Part shown: positions 20,401-28,692 of the stretch, piece by piece
Position numbering within the stretch: the stretch's first letter is position 1
Layout of the letters: each line of letters starts with the position of its first letter
Source of the DNA: a virus
Taxonomy: Duplodnaviria; Caudoviricetes
Length of the DNA: 34,682 bases
Virus record (IMG/VR): IMGVR_UViG_3300036766_000188
Span: 1-34,682 of that record
Reading direction: 5' to 3' (one strand)
The notes under the pieces: generated by a model
Seen by the model: the letters and a program-made list of their open reading frames with translations, nothing else
Database searches by the model: none
Told to the model about the DNA's origin: nothing
Position numbers and translations under genes: made by a program

Positions 20401-20719
20401 AGGGCATACGCTGCTTCCTCAGTTTTTGCACGTGCCTTATTTAAGGGAGTTAAAAGAGATTTGGCAAGGTGGGCCAAAGATTGATCCTTCTTTAAATATG
20501 CCCTCGGCGATTCAATGGGCTTCGAGTATGAAAGATGTTGGAGTTATACATGGTACGTTGAATCACTGGTCAAGAGATTGGGCTTTATGGAAAAATGCCA
20601 AGCCCTTGTTTGCGCCCAATGATTTTAACAAACAGAAGTATGACAATACAGGTATGGCTATCTTGGGGATTCAAAAGGAGCACGGTGCGCCGGGACAGTC
20701 AACTAATCCTTGGAAGTAA
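17402..20719 (+). CDS. Large internal virion / DNA ejection protein
   Basis: 1105 aa, last gene of the arm. N-terminal Gly/Ala hydrophobic segment (GLGLGGAVGAG...GAVAGAGLGYAAG) and helical C-terminus. Confidence 0.7.
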   Translation: MADVNESAPLPQWHETQDLELPGWDKTTPIPDVKGTNPDVGLIATVRPYITPITEMAGLGLGGAVGAGSGLLTAGTTSIPGAVAGAGLGYAAGKKVGEYIENLLGAPAVIPPSVGESLIDSAKDVGVGAIYEVAGQGVGALIGKAIDVGTPVVKRLFGKVIPEELSGVVGDATNAVETNAAKAGTPETNEVLRAASMPQEGFPPLLSTAVVEGEPAFPSKLVATPIENRTILEALGVPDRYPPSNELLQAALGSGELRMPIRPNFPKDTDVGSIRPITFGTGENVIETGYKARVLDVDTGLYTEKYLTKDGKVAQGITLSTDEFGSHVDYLNSEGKVIARTTADSPEAVLRLGKASRLSSYEEAADPSVSFKGGRVSTFTAQDIESGQPTMVVVQEGKGAISTSGPAYKLTETSPIITSPEVDPTLQVVAGIDNHPFADIVNNLSKGAGRANEPVVPIGSPNLSTTVPLPPSPDYNVFGQYLLRAKSAADYARHYFGADNFVVDAQSVTMWIKDRAAVYGKWFNELTQGISSNRDVLTERLTPIHRQFLADTVEQRFNFNRAVEMAKTAQTPEEFAAWNQARNQANEAFLVAAKDTYAQRLALLKELAADPNNSGLRIHLTLGGEGESLGIKLTDHEQVVADRMQEFYELWKGAADDVDLKTLSGPYARRLYDHDGQYTGARGTLNDFSSKTIGEKEFQARMDGSVDWFPDLQDTGQNYILIVAKRVGWRQWENRWADTLNASPNHIRDYATTLYNDWQGQSSQSIMAKAAEIYRQGESLRLIAYNLGTIVKHAFKIPQTIAHVGFADTLESLGPLFKAYTGNDPITKRLIDSFAQFKALSQIAFEDVAPTFNNPSSEKLFGFYNKMRQWGTSGIATMEYFENGLSIVGSALKAARGENFDFQLWRQGMWDTINRCNYRSDIDTPHWMRTGVGRVASLFTFTPLKITTGFAQTAAEMGKDLLNVLKGASRHQTELGENWFTVAVRMATMYGLAEAGARATGHTLLPQFLHVPYLRELKEIWQGGPKIDPSLNMPSAIQWASSMKDVGVIHGTLNHWSRDWALWKNAKPLFAPNDFNKQKYDNTGMAILGIQKEHGAPGQSTNPWK

Positions 20720-20750
20720 GTAGCAAGTCCTTAAAAGTAAGTAGCAAGTC
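20714..20750. repeat. 16-bp direct repeat AAGTAAGTAGCAAGTC x2 (20714-20729, 20735-20750)
   Basis: Read directly. Sits at the junction of the two convergent arms. Confidence 0.9.
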
Positions 20751-20767
20751 TGAACTCTTCCATTCAC

Positions 20768-21115
20768 TTATTTATATAGGCTCTTTGAACTGCCTAAAAA
20801 ATCTACTCCCGCTACTAACCCTATTTCTTCAAGGACAATCATAGCCTCGCCACGTATCGCACTACGTTGAATACCTTGAAGAGAAGCAATTAACTCTTTG
20901 TTAGTCTCTTTATTCAGGACCATCTCAAAGTTGATTAGAATTCCTTCGGAATCTTCACTCATAAAGTCAACAAATAGTTCCCGAGCAGTCTTAGGTAATC
21001 GTAATGTTAATCGTAAAGCACTACCTATATCCTCAGTTAGTATGTCTAATTCTGCATCTTGTTGATAAATTTGAATTTTTGCAGGGATATAAACGACTTC
21101 TCCGTCTTGTAACAT
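20768..21115 (-). CDS. Hypothetical protein
   Basis: ORF track gives 20768..21160. ATG at 21115 has a perfect SD AAAGGAGGT. Confidence 0.75.
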   Translation of the reverse strand: MLQDGEVVYIPAKIQIYQQDAELDILTEDIGSALRLTLRLPKTARELFVDFMSEDSEGILINFEMVLNKETNKELIASLQGIQRSAIRGEAMIVLEEIGLVAGVDFLGSSKSLYK

Positions 21116-21224
21116 TGTTTTTACCTCCTTTACGGGATCAGGTATACAATACTCCTCCATGTTAGAGCCTAACTTTTCATCTTGAAGAGCATTAACAATT
21201 AACTTTGCTTTTTTTCAATGTCAT

Positions 21225-22586
21225 TCATTTTCCTTCCTCCTTTTCTTCCTTCTTTTCCTTTTCTTTTTCTTTCTTAACTTCCATCAACCTCACCGTTTTA
21301 CTCGCGCCATTCCACCCTATGAATCCAGCTGTTATTAACTGATCCATTACTTTCATAAGCACCTCTTTGTTCATTTCCCTACTGACCTTCTGCATTAACT
21401 TAAACAAAGGCATAGGAGCGTTGTTGTTCTTCTGTTGATAGTTGGCAATCTTCCTTAGCACAACTTCGCCTTGACTATGAGCCTTGTCAGGCGCACCTAA
21501 TTTCTTAGTGGCCAACTCACAGTTATCTATTAAAGCCATTGCCGCTTTTAAGTCTCCCTTGGTTACTATCATGTTGCCGTGCTTGTTACTGAGTGATAAC
21601 AACATTGCTACTCGTAGAATAAACTGCGGCATCCTTCCATGAAAACCTTCCACTTCACAATCTTCATTGGATAAATCGAGGGGTCGTTCATTATACCAAG
21701 GCTTCCAAAATTCCCAGCCTTCCTGCGAAAAACGCATCTCCCCATATGCGTCTGCTATAAGTTCAAGATCATTTATTAAATCCTTACGCAACTTCGAATC
21801 GTCACTTGATAGTTCAACCATTTCCGGATCGTGATGTCTTTTCACCGTTTCAAGAACAACACATTGTCTACCCAAAAATCCGCTTCTTAAAGATATAGAT
21901 GGTAATTCTTCTGCTAACCATCCAGAAAAACAGCACAGTATAGCGGTAACATTTGGATTAACAACACTAATAATATCCCGACTCATCGTTGTATCTTCAT
22001 GATTGCCCTCCTTAGTAAACAGTTCTGTTATTAACATTGCTAATTCTCGTACTCCTGTTCGAGGCGTAAGAAGATTAGCAAGTTCTGATGCGTATATTAG
22101 AATTGGTGTTTTTCGGACAAGGATATCACCTCGTCTTTCTTCTACCATATTCTCACTCATCTTTTTTAAAAGTGCTGGCGTTGTTATAGACCCAGTAAAG
22201 ATGGGCGGACACTTCTTTACTTCCCTTAAAAGACCAACTCCTATTTCTGCGGCGGATGACTTACCAATACTTGATGGTCCCGTAAAAAGGATATATAAAT
22301 TTGGATAGCATCTCTTATACTTACGAGGCATCCAGACATTGCGGTTAATAACTGTCGCCAGGACACCAAGACCTGTCCAAAGGTGGAACATTTCCGGACT
22401 TTCCTCGTGGCGGGTAAAGTGCAGGTAGGACGAAAGCCAGTTGTCGAGGGTACGCTCTTTTGTTTTTTGATTACTTTGTTCTGTTGTTTGTACCTCATCC
22501 TCCTGACTCCTCGCCCTCTCTAATTCCTTCTGAGGTTTGGGTATTTCCTCTGGGTCTTTCTTCTTCTTGGTGGTGGATAGGGTCAT
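21225..22586 (-). CDS. Putative replicative helicase (DUF3987/YfjI-like AAA+ ATPase), no primase domain
   Basis: ESPEMFHLW, YPNLYILFTGPSSIGKS (Walker A), IYASEL (Walker B-like), SGFLGR (Arg finger), winged-helix-like C-terminus. Confidence 0.8.
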   Translation of the reverse strand: MTLSTTKKKKDPEEIPKPQKELERARSQEDEVQTTEQSNQKTKERTLDNWLSSYLHFTRHEESPEMFHLWTGLGVLATVINRNVWMPRKYKRCYPNLYILFTGPSSIGKSSAAEIGVGLLREVKKCPPIFTGSITTPALLKKMSENMVEERRGDILVRKTPILIYASELANLLTPRTGVRELAMLITELFTKEGNHEDTTMSRDIISVVNPNVTAILCCFSGWLAEELPSISLRSGFLGRQCVVLETVKRHHDPEMVELSSDDSKLRKDLINDLELIADAYGEMRFSQEGWEFWKPWYNERPLDLSNEDCEVEGFHGRMPQFILRVAMLLSLSNKHGNMIVTKGDLKAAMALIDNCELATKKLGAPDKAHSQGEVVLRKIANYQQKNNNAPMPLFKLMQKVSREMNKEVLMKVMDQLITAGFIGWNGASKTVRLMEVKKEKEKEKKEEKEEGK

Positions 22587-22917
22587 TTATGGCAAGCTCC
22601 TCAAGAGCCCGGGCAATGGCTTCGGGACAGGATGGTAGATAGGGTGAAGAGTTAGGGCATTGTATACCTTTGAGCTGGCGGACAACCTCAGAAGTGGGCA
22701 TACCATAAAGCCGGGCCTTGGTAATAAGGCGGGTTAAACTTGTTAGTTGAGCAGCGGCACACCCACCACCCTTGCCCAAAATACCAAAGACCTCAGCAGG
22801 GTAGGCTGGATCAGTGGAGACTGTAATATAGGCATTGCCACAGCCCGTTTTTATAAGGAGGGTTTCTCCTTTAACTCGCTGGGGTCTTGTTGGTAAATCT
22901 TTTTTCTCTTGACTCAT
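22495..22917 (-). CDS. TSCPD-domain protein (NrdJb-like, class II ribonucleotide reductase C-terminal module)
   Basis: RPQRVKGET..IKTGCGNAYITV, EVFGILGKGGGCAAA, QLKGIQC and SCPEAIARAL. Confidence 0.85.
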   Translation of the reverse strand: MSQEKKDLPTRPQRVKGETLLIKTGCGNAYITVSTDPAYPAEVFGILGKGGGCAAAQLTSLTRLITKARLYGMPTSEVVRQLKGIQCPNSSPYLPSCPEAIARALEELAINDPIHHQEEERPRGNTQTSEGIREGEESGG

Positions 22918-23308
22918 AATCATGTTCTTCTTCCCCTTCCCCTTCTCTTTCTATAGTTATTATGGCACTCTCCAAAATACGCACTGTCCTACCAGCAATA
23001 TGAATGCCCTTGAGTTTGCCCTCCCAAAACCAACGGTAGATAGTTGATTTAGAAACAGTAAGGCGATCAGCCGCTTCCTTGGGGCATATTAGTTTATCTT
23101 TTATTGTAGTCATCTTGCCCTCCTTTAATTTTAATAAAGTAGTGAGTGCTTGGTAGGATACTCTCCAAGGGCCCTTACCAAACTTACTACCGGAAAGCCG
23201 ACCATCACGAATCATACGATAGATTGTGCCCCGGAATAAATGTAAAATTTGTGCAACTTCATCTGGTCGGTAAAAAGCTCTTTGACGTAGTGATGATTGT
23301 TTTTCCAT
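22871..23308 (-). CDS. Tandem excisionase-like (MerR/HTH_17) DNA-binding protein
   Basis: Two HTH units: YRPDEVAQILHLFRGTIYRMIRDGRL and ICPKEAADRLTVSKSTIYRWFWEGKL. Start 23308 follows AGAGGAG (ORF track start 23359). Confidence 0.85.
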   Translation of the reverse strand: MEKQSSLRQRAFYRPDEVAQILHLFRGTIYRMIRDGRLSGSKFGKGPWRVSYQALTTLLKLKEGKMTTIKDKLICPKEAADRLTVSKSTIYRWFWEGKLKGIHIAGRTVRILESAIITIEREGEGEEEHDYESREKRFTNKTPAS

Positions 23309-23328
23309 TTTGTTTTGATTCTCCTCTT

Positions 23329-25857
23329 TTATAATGTAATTTTCTCCAAAGCCCCCCAATTAGTACCTAACTTTAAATCTACTGGCACAGTTAAAACATC
23401 AGCAAGTCCATGGAAGGGGGTTATTAAAGTAGGTGTTTCCAGTGCGTCTTTGACAAGATGCAAACAAGGAATAGCAAACTCCTCTGGGACTTCAATTAGC
23501 AAAGAGTCATGCACTTGTAGTAGAATGGCGGCTTTAAAGTAAATGAACTCTTCATTTTTCAATAAAGAAACAATGCCGTCGTTTACAACCTCACCCACAG
23601 TGGCTTGGGGCAAATAAGCATACCCTCTCTTGTAAGTATTAGGGTCGAGTTTCGAGAAGAAGTAACGACGTCGACCCCGGGCTGTTGTAAGTGTTCTTGT
23701 CTTGTTTAACTTTTGTTGAACACCCTGCTGGTAGTAAAGTATACCTGGAAAGCGTGCATGGATGCGTCGACGTAGGTGTTTAACTTCCAACTCTCGCATT
23801 TGAACGCCGTGGATTATTAAGGTCTTACGAAGGGTTCTCACGCCAATGTCATATCCAACAGCATGGACACATACTTTTCCACATTGCCTCATTCGCTTTG
23901 CTTCTGGTTCTTCATTCTGGACTCGGATAAGTAAATCCTCATAATTAACTTCGTGAATCATAGCTGAACGATGGGTATGCACATCTAAACCTTTAATAAA
24001 GGCCTCTTTCAATCCCGGGTCGCCAGCATACCAAGCAACCATCCGTGCCTCTGCTGCACTGAGGTCGGCTTCTATCAACATGTAGCCCGGGCGAGCACGG
24101 AAGATAGGGCGAAGGTTTTTATTAACATTTTGCAGGTTATCTCCTCCACCAAAGTGCGATGAACGAGAAGCCAATCTGCCTGTCTCAGTAACGTGCATTG
24201 AAAGAGCGGTGCGATATTGTCCGTCTTTATGGACGGGTTTTGCTAATCGGCTGGCGGCATGGTAGCCTTGCTTCAACTCTAAGAGGGTTTCTACGGTCTT
24301 AGAACCGGTTAAGTTTATTAATTCTTTAAGAGCTTCTTTGTCTGTGCTCTCTACTGTAAAACCCATATCTTTAAGCAAGGCTAAAACTTGCTGCCAACTT
24401 CTTGGATTAATTGCACCATATCCCACTTCCTCAAGTGCGCCATCTAAGGCTTGTTGCATGGGTAATAAAGTCTCGTTCATAAAGACTTCAAGTAAACATT
24501 CCTTAGCCTCCTCGTCCACCCACAAGCCACGTTTGTGTTGGTAGAAAGTCCATTTAAGAATTGGCAGGGTTTTGTTTATATAGTAATCCCACATGCCGGT
24601 GCGCTTTGCCTCTTTGATTAACAACTCTGCAATCTCATGGGTTGAATAGACGTCCTGGCAGTTGTACGAAAACCATTCTTCAAAGGAACGTACTTTCTCA
24701 TCTTGTCGGCCAAGGTATTTATAGTAAGGTAAATCAGTGAGGGTTGAAACAAGGAAGGCAAGGGTGTGATGAAGTTCAGGAAAGAGAAGTGAGTGCAAGA
24801 CGGCAGTGTCTATATACACATCATCAAAAAGGTTAAGGTGTTCAGGAAATTCTCGGTCAAGCCAGGCTACGTCAAAACCAATGAACTGTCCCACTAAATG
24901 TTTGCCTTTTAAAGCAAGTTGAATAGCTTGTAAAACTTGAGTCTCTTCGTCCATAGAGAAATAAGCGGAAGACCAAGAATCCCTAATAAAAGGAATACAA
25001 AAGGCAGAAGAACTATTATGAGTAAGACCAAGGCAACCAATTCGAGTGTCATTGTTTTCCTCCCCACTTGAAGTGAATTTACCTTGAGTTTCAATGTCCA
25101 GGGTTATGAGTGTCCCGGGGGGCAGTTGTTTAAGTTCTTCTAAGTAAGTCATTGTTTCTTGGAAGGTAGGAAAGATGTGCTCAGTGCGTGGGCGAGGATT
25201 CCAACCTTGTTGTAGAATGTGCCGGGCTTTCTTTAAGTCGATCACAGTGATGTTGAACCAAGGTTGGCGCACCTCTTTTACTTTGGATGAGGTATTGTGG
25301 TAGCATTTCTGTGCAAAGGAAGGATGGACAATGGGAATAAGATAACAGTGAAAGTCCGCATTTAAGGGGGACTGGTATTCAATAACAGAACCCCGCCATT
25401 GGGTATCAGAGGACCAGAGAGTCAGAGCTTGTAAAGCTTCCCCGCCGGCGGCAATGATGATCTTGGGCTTGGTTTTAAGAACACGATGATGAAGGTCTTC
25501 TCTCCAAGCAAGGAGTTCATCAGTGGGGATTAATTTAGAATTCTTTGCTTTACTAAGAGGATTTTGTTTCGTGTAGAAGGCAAGTTTAAATTCATTGCTA
25601 TCTGGAAAGGGCCGTCGTTGGACTACGTTGTCCTTGCGAATTAAAGACCAAGTAAGACCTGCTTGGGCGCACATTTGCTGCATAAATAAACCAGATTTGC
25701 CGATTAGAGGTTGTGGTGAGACGTTGGGTGGTATGCCAAATTCCTCAGTTGCACCTGGGGCCTCGGCTATTAGGAGAATGTCAGCATGAAGAGGGCCGCT
25801 GGCTCGGACGGTTCGGAGGAGGATGCCATCAAAAGTATTGAGTAAAGAATTGTCCAT
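23329..25857 (-). CDS. polA: Family A DNA polymerase with N-terminal uracil-DNA glycosylase-like domain and 3'-5' exonuclease
   Basis: UDG: LIAEAPG, IGKSG, DNVV, PKIIIAAG, HPS. Exo: LDIET, GFD, YNCQD. Pol: TETGRLAS, NLQN, ADLSAAEAR (A), RQCGKVCVHAVGY (B), LQVHDS (C). Confidence 0.95.
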   Translation of the reverse strand: MDNSLLNTFDGILLRTVRASGPLHADILLIAEAPGATEEFGIPPNVSPQPLIGKSGLFMQQMCAQAGLTWSLIRKDNVVQRRPFPDSNEFKLAFYTKQNPLSKAKNSKLIPTDELLAWREDLHHRVLKTKPKIIIAAGGEALQALTLWSSDTQWRGSVIEYQSPLNADFHCYLIPIVHPSFAQKCYHNTSSKVKEVRQPWFNITVIDLKKARHILQQGWNPRPRTEHIFPTFQETMTYLEELKQLPPGTLITLDIETQGKFTSSGEENNDTRIGCLGLTHNSSSAFCIPFIRDSWSSAYFSMDEETQVLQAIQLALKGKHLVGQFIGFDVAWLDREFPEHLNLFDDVYIDTAVLHSLLFPELHHTLAFLVSTLTDLPYYKYLGRQDEKVRSFEEWFSYNCQDVYSTHEIAELLIKEAKRTGMWDYYINKTLPILKWTFYQHKRGLWVDEEAKECLLEVFMNETLLPMQQALDGALEEVGYGAINPRSWQQVLALLKDMGFTVESTDKEALKELINLTGSKTVETLLELKQGYHAASRLAKPVHKDGQYRTALSMHVTETGRLASRSSHFGGGDNLQNVNKNLRPIFRARPGYMLIEADLSAAEARMVAWYAGDPGLKEAFIKGLDVHTHRSAMIHEVNYEDLLIRVQNEEPEAKRMRQCGKVCVHAVGYDIGVRTLRKTLIIHGVQMRELEVKHLRRRIHARFPGILYYQQGVQQKLNKTRTLTTARGRRRYFFSKLDPNTYKRGYAYLPQATVGEVVNDGIVSLLKNEEFIYFKAAILLQVHDSLLIEVPEEFAIPCLHLVKDALETPTLITPFHGLADVLTVPVDLKLGTNWGALEKITL

Positions 25858-25913
25858 TTGCTGGCCTATTTAGTGGTTAAATTAAATTGTTAGTGTGTGT
25901 TTTAAACTTCAAA

Positions 25914-26138
25914 TTAATTTCTTTTCCCTTTAGTTGGACAAATTCCCATGTGTTTATAAAACCATTCTACTTCCGGGAACATACATGCTGGTTCCATACA
26001 AGTCAACACACCAAGTTCAGCCACGTCACCTCTGGATTCAGTGCGCCAGTGGTCACACCACTTGTGGGAGAGAGTGGAGTGATGGGGCAAGAAGTTCTTG
26101 GGGGTGAAGTGTGGGCAGGTTGGCGGAGTGTCAGTCAT
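25914..26138 (-). CDS. Small Cys/His-rich hypothetical protein
   Basis: 74 aa, ATGA overlap with the upstream gene, GGGGGGA SD-like sequence. Confidence 0.6.
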   Translation of the reverse strand: MTDTPPTCPHFTPKNFLPHHSTLSHKWCDHWRTESRGDVAELGVLTCMEPACMFPEVEWFYKHMGICPTKGKRN

Positions 26139-26344
26139 TCATCCCCCCCAAATGCTCCGTTCACGGTTTCATGTTCTTTTATTAAAGAATAACAACGACA
26201 AGGTATTACACTCACTTGTGGACAATCTGCAAAGTGCAGTATGGAAGTAATTATTACAGGTTGGTGGCATTTAGCACAAATAACTTGAAAGTCAACCTGA
26301 GCCTCGACTTTGGTTAGTAGCTTTCCCCTTGAATTAAAAGACAT
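26135..26344 (-). CDS. Small Zn-ribbon-like protein
   Basis: CAKC...PCRC. Start overlaps the methyltransferase stop (TAATG). Confidence 0.65.
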   Translation of the reverse strand: MSFNSRGKLLTKVEAQVDFQVICAKCHQPVIITSILHFADCPQVSVIPCRCYSLIKEHETVNGAFGGDE

Positions 26345-27723
26345 TAGATTTTAATCCCCTCAAATTGAAGTTTAGCCATTTTGTAAAAACTCTCATTACT
26401 ATCAATTGCCCAACACTTCCTCTTTAATTGTTGACACGCACGAGCCGTCGAGTAAGACCCGGCAAATGGGTCAAGCACACTTTCGCCTTCCTTAGTTGAG
26501 GTTAACAACAACTGCTCGATCAAACCCTCGGGTTTTTGTGTAGAATGAAACCGGCCAGTGAAAGGCACCTGGAATTCATAGACGTTTCTCGCCGATTCGT
26601 GTAGCAGGGGCCTATCCCCCTTCCAGCCGTAGAGAATTGACTCATAGGAAAGAGAGTGACGAGTTATGTTTGAAGTGGATAAGATGTTCTTCTTGTACCA
26701 AATTAAAGGAATTTCCTCAATTAAAAACCCGGCCAGTTTGAGTAATTCAAACCCCTCCTGTATTTTGTCCGGGAAGGAAGAGTAAAACATATAAATACCC
26801 CGGTTAGGACGTAGGCAAAGGAAGGAGCGTTGTAGAATAGATAGTAAAGTCATTGGATCAATACCGTCTACTGATCCCTCCTCTGTGTCTTGACCCCTGC
26901 CTTGATTATATATCTGGGCTCGGTCATGAGACAGACGGTCTATTAAACCAATATCCCAAGGTGGATCTGTTATAATAAGGTCGAAGGATTCGAAGGGGAA
27001 CTCTTTTTCATTGAGTAGTAGCTCTTCTGACTTCCCACAAAAAAGGTGCATGTCTTTAGGAGCGTCTTGCTTACCTATTTCAAGAAAGTCTGCCACTTGT
27101 TCATAAGCCTGACGCTTCATTTTTATCTTAGCCGATGAACGGCGCTTGATATCCCCGAGGAGAGGATCGCCCTTGAGTTGCCGAGCCATTTGTATTTCTT
27201 CTCCAAGGGTGGCCTTGGACTTACCTACAAGGTTGGCAGTGTCTTGAAGAGACCAGCCAGTTTTACCTCGACCTACAGTGCCTTTGCCATGTTGCTGAAT
27301 GCAAAGTTCATGTATCTCATTGAATAATAAACAACGCTCTTGCCAAACAAAGTCTTTACGGTCAACGTTTTCCACAAGTTCATAGAGTTTGCGTTCAGTT
27401 TCGGTGAGGTTATACTCGATTTTACAAGGGATTTGAGACCACTCGGCAAGGAGTTTGGGGGTTGGTTTGTTGTCTCCTACCCACACAAGAGGATTAGCAC
27501 AAAGAATTTCTCGAAGGGCTCGGTAGCGACGCTCACCAGCGACGAGGTCAAATTTCTCTGGAGTGCTTGAGCGACTTGGTTCCACTACGACATTTTGCTT
27601 TAACCCCCCTGCTGCGAGGATCGAGCGAGCAAAGCCTTCAATATCGCCAAAGTCCTTGCGGGTTCGCTCCGGTGGGATTAGGATGTTGTGGTGGTTGATT
27701 AACTTGAATTCGAATTTAGGCAC
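26344..27723 (-). CDS. ParB N-terminal domain + HTH fused to an amino (N6-A/N4-C) DNA methyltransferase, class beta
   Basis: ParB: RTRKDF, LVAGERRYRA, ELVENVDRKD. HTH: WSLQDTANLVGKSKATL. MTase: IITDPPW, HSTQKP, VLDPFAGS. GTG start at 27723 follows AAGGAG (ORF track start 27762). Confidence 0.92.
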   Translation of the reverse strand: MPKFEFKLINHHNILIPPERTRKDFGDIEGFARSILAAGGLKQNVVVEPSRSSTPEKFDLVAGERRYRALREILCANPLVWVGDNKPTPKLLAEWSQIPCKIEYNLTETERKLYELVENVDRKDFVWQERCLLFNEIHELCIQQHGKGTVGRGKTGWSLQDTANLVGKSKATLGEEIQMARQLKGDPLLGDIKRRSSAKIKMKRQAYEQVADFLEIGKQDAPKDMHLFCGKSEELLLNEKEFPFESFDLIITDPPWDIGLIDRLSHDRAQIYNQGRGQDTEEGSVDGIDPMTLLSILQRSFLCLRPNRGIYMFYSSFPDKIQEGFELLKLAGFLIEEIPLIWYKKNILSTSNITRHSLSYESILYGWKGDRPLLHESARNVYEFQVPFTGRFHSTQKPEGLIEQLLLTSTKEGESVLDPFAGSYSTARACQQLKRKCWAIDSNESFYKMAKLQFEGIKI

Positions 27724-28690
27724 TTTGTTCTTCTCCTTCTCCTTCTTCATTCTTTCCTTCAATGAATCCTTGGTAAGGCTTCCACGAGTCCACGTAATAA
27801 TCCTGCTCTACTAAACCCCGAGGCCAATCCCTCGTGCAAAGGTCAAGGTAAGGACAGGCAGAGTTCCAACTAAAACAATTCCCCGTGTTTCTTTCCCATT
27901 GCAAGTGAAGGCGCTCTTCCAGAACTTGCTTTAAAGTTTCCTCGGGATTGGAAAGAGAAGGAGACAAGCGCCCCCAACTCTTTAACTTCTGGCGGATTTC
28001 CATTGCAATCGACAAAGTAGAAGTGTGCCAATCTTTCAATTCCCAAGATTGAATCTCAATGTTTTTAACTTCCATACCGTCGCCGGTGGTGGGATAGGTG
28101 GTCTTAGGTGTTTTTTCCACGCCGAAGGCTAACAAGCGAACACTCGGCGCACTCCAAGGAGCGGCATAGCCAATGGTTTGATTGTGTGCTTCCCAAGAGC
28201 GGAGGTATTTATCAGGTGTGCCTTTTTCATAAAGACGCAGGGTTGTTTTGAACTCCCAGGGGATTACGCCGTTCTCGTCGGAGCGCACACGGTCAATTCG
28301 TCCAGCGTGTACTACCTTACTTGTTAAAGGAACCATGAAAGGCACTTCGATCTCGTGGGGTTTAAAGTAAATTCCGTTGAGTTGCGTGTATTCAGCATAA
28401 AGAGCCAGTAACTCCTGCGCCCTCTCAGGAGTTCTTTTCTTTTCATAAGGCCCACACTCGTAATTGTCCACGAACAAACCAAAGGCTTTTTGAAAGTCTT
28501 GAGTATGGTCAAACATCTCAGTGCAAAGGTGAAAAGCCTTTCCGAAGTCGAGACCGGCTTTTGAAATAGGGGACCAAAGTCGAAGGCCGCAAATATAACG
28601 AGCAAGGAATTTGCGGTGGCAATTTTGGTACGATTGCCTCATGGAGTGGTCGAGGATTAGGGGCACTGCTTGTTCCGGGCGGTTGGGCAT
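27716..28690 (-). CDS. PD-(D/E)XK exonuclease, Cas4/AddB-like with probable Fe-S cluster
   Basis: DHS..QSYQNCHRK, FGKAFH, GRIDRV, WEFKTT, QTIGY and C-terminal C-x6-CPY-x3-C. Start 28690 follows AAAGGAG. Confidence 0.88.
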   Translation of the reverse strand: MPNRPEQAVPLILDHSMRQSYQNCHRKFLARYICGLRLWSPISKAGLDFGKAFHLCTEMFDHTQDFQKAFGLFVDNYECGPYEKKRTPERAQELLALYAEYTQLNGIYFKPHEIEVPFMVPLTSKVVHAGRIDRVRSDENGVIPWEFKTTLRLYEKGTPDKYLRSWEAHNQTIGYAAPWSAPSVRLLAFGVEKTPKTTYPTTGDGMEVKNIEIQSWELKDWHTSTLSIAMEIRQKLKSWGRLSPSLSNPEETLKQVLEERLHLQWERNTGNCFSWNSACPYLDLCTRDWPRGLVEQDYYVDSWKPYQGFIEGKNEEGEGEEQSA

Positions 28691-28692
28691 TT

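Noticed and set aside
17402-20719. Virion RNA polymerase or lytic transglycosylase in the large ejection protein
   Set aside because: No DxDGD, T7-type RNAP or SLT motifs recognised
22871-23308. Integration/excision module (prophage)
   Set aside because: No integrase, att site or flanking host genes in the window
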